From a virus (Duplodnaviria; Caudoviricetes), in the IMG/VR virus record IMGVR_UViG_2933953506_000002, positions 32,001 through 96,000 of that record: DNA of 64,000 bases. The stretch is one strand, 5' to 3'. The notes beneath the pieces were generated by a model that saw only the letters and a list, made by a program, of their open reading frames with translations, was not told where the DNA came from and searched no databases. The stretch's first letter is position 1; each line of letters opens with the position of its first letter. Position numbers and translations under genes: made by a program. Shown here piece after piece: positions 8,860-17,532 of the stretch.

Positions 8860-9948
8860 ATGGTGACCCCGTCCCGTATCACATTGGCCCGCAAGCGCAG
8901 AGGCCTCACTCTCGCCGAGCTCTCGGACCAGGCCGAGGTGTCACTGCAAAGCCTGTCAAACTACGAGACAGGTCGAACCTCGCCACGTTCCGAAACCCTC
9001 GACAAGATCGCCTCAGCGCTGGACTTTCCTGTTGCCTTCTTCGAAGGTCCTGCGCTGGACGAGCTCCCCGCGGAAGGCATCTCCTGGCGCGCGCGCAGCA
9101 AGACGTCGGCGAGGGTCCTCGAAGCCGCTCGGGCCGGTGGCACGCTGGGCGCGATGTTGTACGACTGGATCGATGAAAGATTCCGCCTGCCAGCAGCGAA
9201 CGTGCCCTCACTGGGCAAACCCGACCCAGAGACAGCCGCTGCCATGGTCCGCACCCGCTGGGGTCTGGGAGAAGCGCCAGCGCCCAACATGGTGCACCTA
9301 CTGGAGGCACACGGTGTTCGGGTGTTCTCGCTGGATCCCGATCACGCCGAGGTCGACGCATTCGCGGTATGGCGCGACGGCGTTCCGTTCGTGTTTCTTA
9401 ACACGCTCAAGTCAGCCGAGCGGGGCCGCTTCGACGCAGCCCACGAACTGGGCCATCTCGTCATGCACGGCAGTGAGCACGCCTGTTCAGGGCCTGAGGC
9501 AGAACGGCAAGCGAACGAGTTCGCCTCCGCCTTCTTGATGCCTCGATCGAGCGTTCTGGGGCACATGCCATCAGGTGCGCACGTCGACCAGATCCTTCGC
9601 GCCAAGCAGATTTGGAACGTCTCCGCCATGGCATTGACCTACCGCATCCACGATCTGGGGCTACTTTCGGACTGGCAGTACCGGTCCACCTGCGCCGAGC
9701 TGAGCCGTTTGGGGTATCGGTCCGGTGAGCCCCAGGGCATGGGCCAGCGCGAAACGTCGCAGGTGTTGACGAAGGTCTTCGCCGCGCTGCGCTCGAAGCG
9801 CGTTCGCCCCTCGACCGTCGCCGCCGAGCTCGGGCTCACAAGTAAGGAAATGAACCGACTCCTGTTCGGGCTCACGCTCACCACCTTCGAGGGTCAGGGA
9901 CGATTCGTGACGGCTTCGGCGAAACGCAGCCTGTCCATCGTCCCCTGA
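8860..9948 (+). CDS. XRE-family HTH regulator fused to ImmA/IrrE (COG2856) Zn metallopeptidase (Rv2017-like)
   Basis: N-terminal HTH (LARKRRGLTLAELS...LSNYETG); RFDAAHELGH (HExxH) and ERQANEFASAFLMP. Confidence 0.9.
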   Translation: MVTPSRITLARKRRGLTLAELSDQAEVSLQSLSNYETGRTSPRSETLDKIASALDFPVAFFEGPALDELPAEGISWRARSKTSARVLEAARAGGTLGAMLYDWIDERFRLPAANVPSLGKPDPETAAAMVRTRWGLGEAPAPNMVHLLEAHGVRVFSLDPDHAEVDAFAVWRDGVPFVFLNTLKSAERGRFDAAHELGHLVMHGSEHACSGPEAERQANEFASAFLMPRSSVLGHMPSGAHVDQILRAKQIWNVSAMALTYRIHDLGLLSDWQYRSTCAELSRLGYRSGEPQGMGQRETSQVLTKVFAALRSKRVRPSTVAAELGLTSKEMNRLLFGLTLTTFEGQGRFVTASAKRSLSIVP

Positions 9949-10037
9949 GAAACCACATCCACGCAGAGCGCGGGCAGCGCTATGGCCCCCGGGCAGTTGC
10001 GTCCTCGATTCAGCGACCCATGCGATGATCCTCCGTC

Positions 10038-10505
10038 ATGGGGAGACACACATGGGGGAAGACTGCCAGCGCGCTGATCCTGGCCGTGACTGCGGCGGCC
10101 GCGAGCGCCTGCAGCAGCTCGAACGACGACGGCGACGCAAAGCCGGCCGCGAAGGCGAAGACGGTGACCGTGGAGGCCGCGACCACCACGTTCCAGGACG
10201 CGGTGACCAAGTTCGACACGGACGGCGGCTGTCTTGAGCAGGAGCCGGGTACGTGCTGGGACCAGATGCAGGCGCTCATGAAGCCCACCCGCGACCTGCG
10301 GAAGGCCATGAATGCGGAGAAGTCCGTGGGCGCCGACTTCTGGACCGAGGCGTACGCCCTGATCGACACCATGGAAGACGGCATCGCGGTCGGCGAGGAC
10401 CAGGGCGTTCCGGCTGGCGGCGCCACGGAGCTGACGAACCGGGACGACGTCCTCGGCTCCGCGCACGACCTGTCCGACTGGCTCGACGCCCACCCAATCA
10501 AGTAG
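10038..10505 (+). CDS. putative lipoprotein
   Basis: signal peptide with lipobox-like ASAC; acidic helical body. Confidence 0.7.
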   Translation: MGRHTWGKTASALILAVTAAAASACSSSNDDGDAKPAAKAKTVTVEAATTTFQDAVTKFDTDGGCLEQEPGTCWDQMQALMKPTRDLRKAMNAEKSVGADFWTEAYALIDTMEDGIAVGEDQGVPAGGATELTNRDDVLGSAHDLSDWLDAHPIK

Positions 10506-10559
10506 CGGAGATAGGGCCGCATCCGCGCGGGCAGCCGCTCACCGGCTGCCCGCGCTGGC

Positions 10560-11024
10560 CTACTCGCCCTTCGGCTCGCCTGCAGCCAAGCGAGGACCGA
10601 TGCGCCCGCACCGTTCCGCATAAGCCGACAGGTGCCGGGCCTGGAACTCCTCAGCGTCCCAGTCCTCGGTGCGGACATCGACGCCCTGCCAGACGTACGC
10701 CAACCCCATCGTGCCGGTGGAGAGGGACAGTTCCCGCAGTTCGTACTGATCGTCCTCGAATGCGTTCAGAATGCGCCACTCCTCGTTGCTCAGATCGGTG
10801 AGCACCACGCCAGGCGCCGAGCAGCCGAGAGCTTGGACGACGAGGCCAGGGTAGACACGCCCCTCAAGGGCGGCTGCGCGATAGCCGGGAGCGGACGCGG
10901 GCAAGCGGTGGGGAACCCGCCCCAACAGCCCCTTGAGGACGTCATCGAACTGGAGCGTGCCGTAGCAGAACAGCCCCCTGGGGCCTGCCGGGAAGCGATC
11001 TAAGCGCCGTGAGTTGCCTGACAC
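10560..11024 (-). CDS. gamma-glutamylcyclotransferase (AIG2-like) family protein
   Basis: LFCYGTL, YPGL, L.AFE..YE, AYVW motifs; TTA at codon 8. Confidence 0.85.
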   Translation of the reverse strand: MSGNSRRLDRFPAGPRGLFCYGTLQFDDVLKGLLGRVPHRLPASAPGYRAAALEGRVYPGLVVQALGCSAPGVVLTDLSNEEWRILNAFEDDQYELRELSLSTGTMGLAYVWQGVDVRTEDWDAEEFQARHLSAYAERCGRIGPRLAAGEPKGE

Positions 11025-11121
11025 CAGGGTATCCACCCTCCATAGGCTTCGACTTGAGCAGAAACCTACCGGTGCCCTCCCCCGCTTCCCGAAGCCCGAT
11101 ACAGACAGGCAGGATCGGCAC

Positions 11122-12138
11122 ATGAGGATTCTGGTAATCGGCGGTACCTGGTTCCTGGGGAAGTGCATCGCAGAGGGGGCCTTGGCGAGAGGGTGGTCCG
11201 TCACCACCTTCAACCGGGGGCGGTCCGGCCGAGATGTCGAGGGCGTGAGTCCCGTGCACGGCGACCGCACCGACCGGGGAGACCTTCAACGGCTCGCCCA
11301 ACACGGCCCGTGGGAAGCCGTGGTGGACACCTCCAGCTCCGACTTCCCGCCACGCGACGTGCTGCTCGCAGCAACCGCGCTACGCGGCGCCGCGCGACGC
11401 TGGGTGCACATCTCCACCGTATCCGTGTACCAGGGCTGGCCGCACCAGCCGCTCACTGACGCCTCACCAGTCCTGGACTGCCGCACGGATGCTGACGAGT
11501 CGTACGGGTACACCGGTGAAGACGGCAGCCCGACCATCTACGGGTTCCAGAAGGCCGGCGGCGAGCGAGCAGTGGCCGAGGCGTTCGGCGACGCCGCGGT
11601 TTTCCTCCGGCCCGGAGTCATCCTGGGCCCCGGCGAGTACGTCGGTCGGCTGCCCTGGTGGCTGACCCGGGCCAAACGAGGCGGGCGGATTCTGGCGCCC
11701 GCCCCGGCCGATCAGCGCATCCAACCCGTCGACGTCCGTGACGTCGCCGCGTTCGCGCTCGACCAGGCCGCCAGCGACACAAGCGGCGGGTACAACGTCA
11801 CCCACCCGGAGGGCATCACCTTCGCCGACTTCATCAGCGAGTGCCTGACGGTCACCGGCGGAGCTGGGAAACCGGAGTGGGCGGCGCCGGACGTCCTGAT
11901 CGACCACGGCGTCGTGCAGTGGACAGAACTCCCCCTGTGGCGGACGCACGCAGGCGTGTGGTCGGTCGACTCCAGCCGGGCCGTGGCCGCGGGCCTACGC
12001 TGCCGGCCGATCGTCGACACCATCCGCGACACCTGGGCCTGGCTGGCATCCGACGGACGTCCCGTGGACCACCCGAGGTGGGCGGAGCACGGGATCGCCG
12101 AGGAGAAGGAAGCGAAAATCCTCGCCTCCCTCGCCTGA
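11122..12138 (+). CDS. NAD-dependent epimerase/dehydratase (extended SDR)
   Basis: MRILVIGGTWFLG Rossmann motif, FNRGR, YGFQK catalytic motif. Confidence 0.9.
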   Translation: MRILVIGGTWFLGKCIAEGALARGWSVTTFNRGRSGRDVEGVSPVHGDRTDRGDLQRLAQHGPWEAVVDTSSSDFPPRDVLLAATALRGAARRWVHISTVSVYQGWPHQPLTDASPVLDCRTDADESYGYTGEDGSPTIYGFQKAGGERAVAEAFGDAAVFLRPGVILGPGEYVGRLPWWLTRAKRGGRILAPAPADQRIQPVDVRDVAAFALDQAASDTSGGYNVTHPEGITFADFISECLTVTGGAGKPEWAAPDVLIDHGVVQWTELPLWRTHAGVWSVDSSRAVAAGLRCRPIVDTIRDTWAWLASDGRPVDHPRWAEHGIAEEKEAKILASLA

Positions 12139-12139
12139 G

Positions 12140-13465
12140 TCAGGCTTCCAACTGGAGCAGCGCTGAGCGGGTGCTTAGCTGGTGAGTGCTCGCACTGCGG
12201 GTGAAGTCCTCGACGCGGTCGCGCAGCTCGCGCGGCAGCGTCGAGGCACGGTAGACCGGCTGGGCGAGGAACTGCTGGATCTGCCCCGTCCGCACTAGGA
12301 CACCCGTCACCCGCTGGTCTCCCGGGATGTCCCACAGCGGGGTCATCGCGTCGGCAGCTCCCTCGACGTCGTTCGCCAGGAGCCGGGCCATGGCGAGATC
12401 GGCAGCAGCACCACCGAGGACATGCGCCGAACGGCTGGCCTGCGGCCTCTGGCCGATGAGCTCCAGGGCACGACGTGCGGACTGCTCCGCCTGCTCCCCG
12501 TCGTGGATGAGGAGGGCGGTGGAGCTGCTGGACATGGCCAGGCGCTCCGGGGTGAATCCGAACTCGCCCCCGACACCATCGTGGAGGTCGTCCCGGACGC
12601 CGCTCTCCGCCGCCATGGAGAGCTGGAGGGCATGGCGAGCGGAGTCGGTGTCGCCGAGGTATCCGTGCGCCCGCGCCTCGATGGCGAGAAGCCGGCGCCG
12701 GGCCACATCGCCCAGTCCGCCGTAGGCCTGCGCCCGGCGGGCCTTGCTGACGGCCTCGCCCGGCATGCCGGTGAAGTACGCGATATACGCCAAGATGCCG
12801 TCCGCGTACGCCCGCAGCGGCTCGAACCTGGCGCTCTCGCCGTAGAGGTCAGCCGCGCGGGCCAGACGGCGGGCATTGTCGAAGGAACCGAGGTCGAAGG
12901 CCGCTGCGGCGAGCAGCGCCATCGTCTGGCCGGTCAGCTCAAGCAGACGCTGCTGCTGTGTGGGAATCTGCGTGCGATCGCGCTGGCCTTGCAGCTCCTC
13001 CTGGAGCGTGCGGCCGCGTCGGAACACGTCCATCGGAGGGAGCGAAGCGTAAGCGCGCGCGAGGGACGCCACGTCATCGGTGAGTTGGTCGAGGCTGGTG
13101 TCGGAGACGGACGCTGCGGCTGTTGCGCTGGCGTCGTCCTGAGCATCGCGTGCGGTCATGTTGATCTCGTGCTCCAGGTTGAACGCGGGTGCCTGGGAAT
13201 CCTCGGTGGGCGGAGGAGCGAACAAGACTGCGACATCACAGCCGAACATGGCTTGTAAAACGCGCCTGGTGTCCGCGGAAAGCGACTCGGGACGGGCCTT
13301 GCCCGCCTTCCAACGGAACACTGTCCGCTCACTGCAGGTCGGGTTGTTGCCGCCCTTCCCGACGACCTCGTCAGCGGTTCCGTCGAACAGCGTCACGAAG
13401 TCGGGAGCGCCCAAGTTGCGCCTGTCGCAGAGGACCTTGAGCAGCGTCTCGGGTTGTTCGGTCAC
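12140..13465 (-). CDS. XRE-type HTH plus TPR-like transcriptional regulator
   Basis: N-terminal SERTVFRWKAG...RRVLQAMFG..V..LF; helical repeat C-terminus; TTA at 13256-13258. Confidence 0.8.
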   Translation of the reverse strand: MTEQPETLLKVLCDRRNLGAPDFVTLFDGTADEVVGKGGNNPTCSERTVFRWKAGKARPESLSADTRRVLQAMFGCDVAVLFAPPPTEDSQAPAFNLEHEINMTARDAQDDASATAAASVSDTSLDQLTDDVASLARAYASLPPMDVFRRGRTLQEELQGQRDRTQIPTQQQRLLELTGQTMALLAAAAFDLGSFDNARRLARAADLYGESARFEPLRAYADGILAYIAYFTGMPGEAVSKARRAQAYGGLGDVARRRLLAIEARAHGYLGDTDSARHALQLSMAAESGVRDDLHDGVGGEFGFTPERLAMSSSSTALLIHDGEQAEQSARRALELIGQRPQASRSAHVLGGAAADLAMARLLANDVEGAADAMTPLWDIPGDQRVTGVLVRTGQIQQFLAQPVYRASTLPRELRDRVEDFTRSASTHQLSTRSALLQLEA

Positions 13466-13756
13466 ATCGCCCCCAGATATCGCGCCTCGGCCAGTTGGCG
13501 GCCCACCTACGGATCGATCCCTTTGTACGAAGGGGATACCGCCGTCTCGGTCCAGTGCAACACATCTCGCACAGATGGCAGTTGGCTAGCAGTCAGGTGT
13601 CAGTCCGCCGCCCCGATGTCGCTGAGACGGCAGCCCCTCGACATGGCGGTGACACCGCGTGCGGGACCACGCTGATCTACACCCTCGCTGAGAGTGTCCA
13701 AACACACACGTGGACGTAATCGCCGCAGTGACGGACCAACACCCCTAGAGGACGTG

Positions 13757-14236
13757 ATGACGACGACAGCCGTACGGACGCCTCTCGCGGGTCTACGCCG
13801 CGACCAGGACGTGCTGAAGCAGTGGGTCGACATCGGCCCCCGCCAAGCCGACGGCACGCCCGGACGAGCGGCCGCGCACTACGTGGGAGTTCTGCGCCGG
13901 ATCGCCGTCGCCCGAATCCGGTACCACGGCCTTGGCGCGCTGACCGACGAGGTGATGCTCCTCGTCTCCGAGCTGGTGACCAATGCGGTGCTGCACAGCG
14001 GGACCCTCAAGGTCGGCCTGGAGATGGCTGTGAAGGACGGCTTCCTGGACATCGCTGTCATCGACGGCATGCCGGGCGTCGCGACGCTCAAGGAGGCCGA
14101 CGAGGACGCGGAGTCGGGGCGGGGCCTCGCCTTGGTGCAGATGGTGGTCAAGGAGCGCGGCGGAGCCTGGGGAACGAGGGACGCCGGCGCGACGACTTGG
14201 TGCCGCCTCGCCGTACCAGAGGAGGCGGAGGAATGA
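13757..14236 (+). CDS. ATP-binding protein (RsbW-like HATPase_c)
   Basis: LLVSELVTNAVLH, ESGRGLALV, WG...TTWC. Confidence 0.9.
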   Translation: MTTTAVRTPLAGLRRDQDVLKQWVDIGPRQADGTPGRAAAHYVGVLRRIAVARIRYHGLGALTDEVMLLVSELVTNAVLHSGTLKVGLEMAVKDGFLDIAVIDGMPGVATLKEADEDAESGRGLALVQMVVKERGGAWGTRDAGATTWCRLAVPEEAEE

Positions 14237-14661
14237 CGGCCGCCGCCCTCTCCCCCGGCTGGGCCCATCCCGTGCGGGCGGCCGTGCCGCCCTTCACCGA
14301 GGCTGGTCTGAGACGAGTCCTGGAGAAGGTGCAGCGCTGGGCCCCGTACGTTGACGGTTCCTTACTCGACGACGTCGCGGCCGTCCTGGACGACTACACG
14401 CCCCCCGAAGACGAGGTCGAGGAGCACGCGCAGCGGCTCCGCGGCCATCTGATGCGACTCGTCAACCTCGCAGTCACCTCCCAGACAAACCAGAAAGACC
14501 AGCGAATAGCCGACCTCGTCGAGCGGGGCCGCCACATCCGATCCGAGGAAGTACCCAGCGACCATCGCCGTGCCGTTGGGCACGTCCGACAGATGGCATG
14601 GACGCTCAACGAACTCCTCGAACTGCTGGTGGAGAACCAGTGCCTAACGGAGGAGCCGTGA
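14233..14661 (+). CDS. DUF6415-like protein
   Basis: ATGA coupling; LRGHLMRLV motif; TTA at 14362. Confidence 0.7.
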   Translation: MTAAALSPGWAHPVRAAVPPFTEAGLRRVLEKVQRWAPYVDGSLLDDVAAVLDDYTPPEDEVEEHAQRLRGHLMRLVNLAVTSQTNQKDQRIADLVERGRHIRSEEVPSDHRRAVGHVRQMAWTLNELLELLVENQCLTEEP

Positions 14662-15368
14662 CTTTCCCGTCCCTCAGACTCGCGTACAACCCCCGGGCCA
14701 TAGAGCCCCGGGACCCGCGCCTGTCCCTAGTGCCCTACATCACGCAGAGGGCTGGGGAAGACGCAGCTCCGGAGAACCTCTTCATCATCCGGCACGCGTC
14801 CGGTCCGCGGCTGTACTACCGAGATGAGGACCCCAGGGACCGAGACCCGCGAGGCGCCCTGTGGGCCCGGTGCGGCTGGAACCCCGTCGACGCGCAAGGC
14901 CGGATCACCGGTGAACCGCAGTGGAAGCTGATGCACCCCCACCGGCAGATGGTGTGCATGCAGACGATGCTCTGTCAGATCTGCTCACTCCCTGCCAGGA
15001 CGCCGCTCGGCTTCATCTTCCTCGCCGGCCCCCGGGACCACGCCCCGGCCCAGGCGAGCATCCTCACGAATCAGCCGCCCGTGTGCCGCCGGCACGCTCG
15101 TGCAGCCGCGAAGCTCTGTCCGCACCTGGAGGACAACCCGATGGTGTTCCTGGCCAGGAGCGCGCCCCTATACGGCGTGCACGGCACCGTATACGGCCTC
15201 GACGGTGGAGGCGTGAAGGTCGTCGCCCAGCCGGACGCACCGTTGCCCTACGGCCACGCGAACATCGGAACGTTCCTCGCCTCGCAGTTGGTCCGCCGCC
15301 TCCAGTCGTTCCGCGCCGTCGGCCTCGACGAGCTGCTCGAGGACCTGGCGGCGCCCGCCGCCGCATAG
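14658..15368 (+). CDS. hypothetical protein of actinomycete mobile elements (Cys/His metal-binding)
   Basis: GTGA coupling with AGGAG RBS; VPYIT...DRD..G.LW.R...HP.RQ..CM...CQIC...PPVC..HA...CPHL. Confidence 0.7.
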   Translation: MTFPSLRLAYNPRAIEPRDPRLSLVPYITQRAGEDAAPENLFIIRHASGPRLYYRDEDPRDRDPRGALWARCGWNPVDAQGRITGEPQWKLMHPHRQMVCMQTMLCQICSLPARTPLGFIFLAGPRDHAPAQASILTNQPPVCRRHARAAAKLCPHLEDNPMVFLARSAPLYGVHGTVYGLDGGGVKVVAQPDAPLPYGHANIGTFLASQLVRRLQSFRAVGLDELLEDLAAPAAA

Positions 15369-15650
15369 ACCCCTGCCTGGTGACCACACGACCGGCTCTG
15401 TGGCCATCAGGCAGGCAGCAAGCTCCGCCCGTACGACAACGGCATTCGGCGCGGGCGGAGGACGGCGCTGGGGCCCACGTCCCCCAAAGGCCCCAGCGCC
15501 GGACCAATTCGCCGCAATCCGACAGTCGATCGCTGCCCCTGAGGCCCCACGGCCCCACGGCCCCACCCGCTGTCGGGCCGCCTTCGGCGCCCGGGCGGGA
15601 GCACCAGCAAAGCGACACCTCGAGGACCCCAAGAGACAAGGAAGCTCCGC

Positions 15651-16553
15651 GTGTTCATCGACATCCCGAGCGAACTCGAAGCCTCTCTGATCGAACGTTC
15701 TCTCCCGCCCTGGGAACTGGACGGTTCGTTCCTGGCGCAGTCCACCATTGCGGAGTACCGGACCGAGCTGACGGCCGCCCCGCGATTCGAGGAGGTCACC
15801 GCGACCCTGCGCCACGCGCTGACCGGAGAGGGTGGCGGATACGCCGTCCTGCGCCTGGGAAACCTCGCCAAGGCGCTGGGGATCGACGATGACCGGTTCC
15901 TGCGGCTGGTGACGGGCTTCGCGGCCGAGGTGGCTGTCCCCTTCTCGCCCTTCCCGCGGTGGCCCCTTTGGAAGGACATCGGGGTCAAGGTCGACAAGGA
16001 CCCCGGCAAGTCCAGCGGCATCGGGTACAACGCGTTTCACATGGACCTGGTGAACGGGACCCTGCCCCCGGACTACACCACGCTCCTCTGCGTTCGCCGC
16101 GACCCGCTCGGCGGCGGCCCCAGCATCCTTTCCGACGCCCACGCGGCGGTGGCGCGGCTGTCGGAGGACAGCCGCGCTCTGCTGGCCGAGTCGGCCTACC
16201 ACTACGGGACCTTCTTCGACCTGTTCGGCGTGGGCGAGGAGTACAAGCCGTTTCCGATCCTGGACGGCTCCGACCCGGGCGAGGGGTTCGTCCGGTTCAC
16301 CGCCAAGATGCTGGAGAGGTCCGAGCTCGGCCAGGCGCACGCCGACGCCGCCAGGGAACTCGCCGAAGAGCTCGTCCGGGGTCAGGTCTCCTTCATGCTT
16401 CAGCCCGGGGACTACCTCATCGTGAACCAGCGCCGTTTCCTGCACGGTCGGGAGGCGCTCCACAGCGGTCAGGAAACCGTCCCGGTCTCCGACCGGCGGC
16501 TACTCCTCCAGTTGTTCCTGCGCGCGAGGGCCGGCGATGGCTCGGCCGCGTAG
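15651..16553 (+). CDS. TauD/TfdA-family Fe(II)/2-oxoglutarate dioxygenase
   Basis: FHMD (HxD), LLCVR.D..GGG, LQPGDYLIVNQRRFLHGR and RLL motifs. Confidence 0.85.
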   Translation: MFIDIPSELEASLIERSLPPWELDGSFLAQSTIAEYRTELTAAPRFEEVTATLRHALTGEGGGYAVLRLGNLAKALGIDDDRFLRLVTGFAAEVAVPFSPFPRWPLWKDIGVKVDKDPGKSSGIGYNAFHMDLVNGTLPPDYTTLLCVRRDPLGGGPSILSDAHAAVARLSEDSRALLAESAYHYGTFFDLFGVGEEYKPFPILDGSDPGEGFVRFTAKMLERSELGQAHADAARELAEELVRGQVSFMLQPGDYLIVNQRRFLHGREALHSGQETVPVSDRRLLLQLFLRARAGDGSAA

Positions 16554-16692
16554 CCGGCCGACGGCACCGGTGACCCACCCAGCCCCGCCCCCGGGTCCAG
16601 CCCCGGAGCACGCGGCACGGCCACGGGGCTGGGGCCGGTCGGGCGCCCCCGGAAACCGTCGCGCACCCGGTTCCCCGGGCCCGTGCACGGAT

Positions 16693-17466
16693 CTAGATGC
16701 GCGAGTTGCTCAGCGACTGCCACACAGCGCCGGCGAGCGCCCGCGTCGCCCGCGGGACCGACAGGCGCTCGTGCCGGCGGTACAGGGACCAGTTGTATTG
16801 CACGAGCGACAGCTTGTTGGAGGACAGCGATCCCGCCTGGTGGGCCCTGTAAATCGCAAGTGGCTCAGCCAGGCCACGGGCGTCAGCGCCGTCCCGCATG
16901 ATCGACAGCCACAGGGCGTAATCCTGGCGTTTGCGCATCTCCGGCATCAGCCTCGTGCCCAGGACATTGCGGTCGTACATGGCGGTGAGTGCACCGATGT
17001 GGTCTCGGACCAGCATCGCGCGGTAGTCCACGTGCTCCCGCGCACGGACCACCCGCCCGTTCGGGACCCAGTCGGTGCTCTCGCCGTCGTAGTCGGCGTC
17101 CATCTTGAAGTACGAGGTGAACGTCAGCGGCGCACCACCTTCCGCGGCGAAGGCGAGCTGCTTCTCGGTCTTCTCCGGAAGCCACATGTCGTCGCTGTCG
17201 AGAAAGGCGATGTAGTCCCCGCGGGCCCGCTCGATCGCGAGGTTGCGGGCCCGGCCCGCACCGCCCCGTTCGGGTGCCGACTGAGGCAGGACGCGCTCGT
17301 CCTGCTTGGCGAACTCGCGGAGCAGGTCCATGGAGGCATCGGAGGACTGGTCGTCGGTGACCAGCAGCTCCAGGTCGCTGTGGGTCTGCGTGAGTACCGA
17401 TCGGACGGCCGCGCCGAGGGTGGCTGCCGAGTTGTACACGGGCATCACGACCGACACCAGGGGCAC
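16693..17466 (-). CDS. GT2 glycosyltransferase (TuaG-like)
   Basis: VSVVMPVYNS, DD.SSD, ARN.AI, FLDSDD.W, QDYALWL, LSSNK; AAGGAG RBS before GTG 17466. Confidence 0.9.
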   Translation of the reverse strand: MPLVSVVMPVYNSAATLGAAVRSVLTQTHSDLELLVTDDQSSDASMDLLREFAKQDERVLPQSAPERGGAGRARNLAIERARGDYIAFLDSDDMWLPEKTEKQLAFAAEGGAPLTFTSYFKMDADYDGESTDWVPNGRVVRAREHVDYRAMLVRDHIGALTAMYDRNVLGTRLMPEMRKRQDYALWLSIMRDGADARGLAEPLAIYRAHQAGSLSSNKLSLVQYNWSLYRRHERLSVPRATRALAGAVWQSLSNSRI

Positions 17467-17532
17467 AGCACTTCTCCTTGCCAGACCAGGAACGACGGTC
17501 CATTCAAGCACCGGAATCGAGCAGGAGCTGCC

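Noticed and set aside
15651-16553. TET/JBP DNA hydroxylase
   Set aside because: Motif layout fits the TauD/clavaminate-synthase-like family; DNA modification is kept only as one hypothesis
16537-17532. N-terminal extension of the 748-aa ORF 16537..18783
   Set aside because: Antisense to GT2; the true dehydrogenase start is ATG 17533 with an AGGAG RBS
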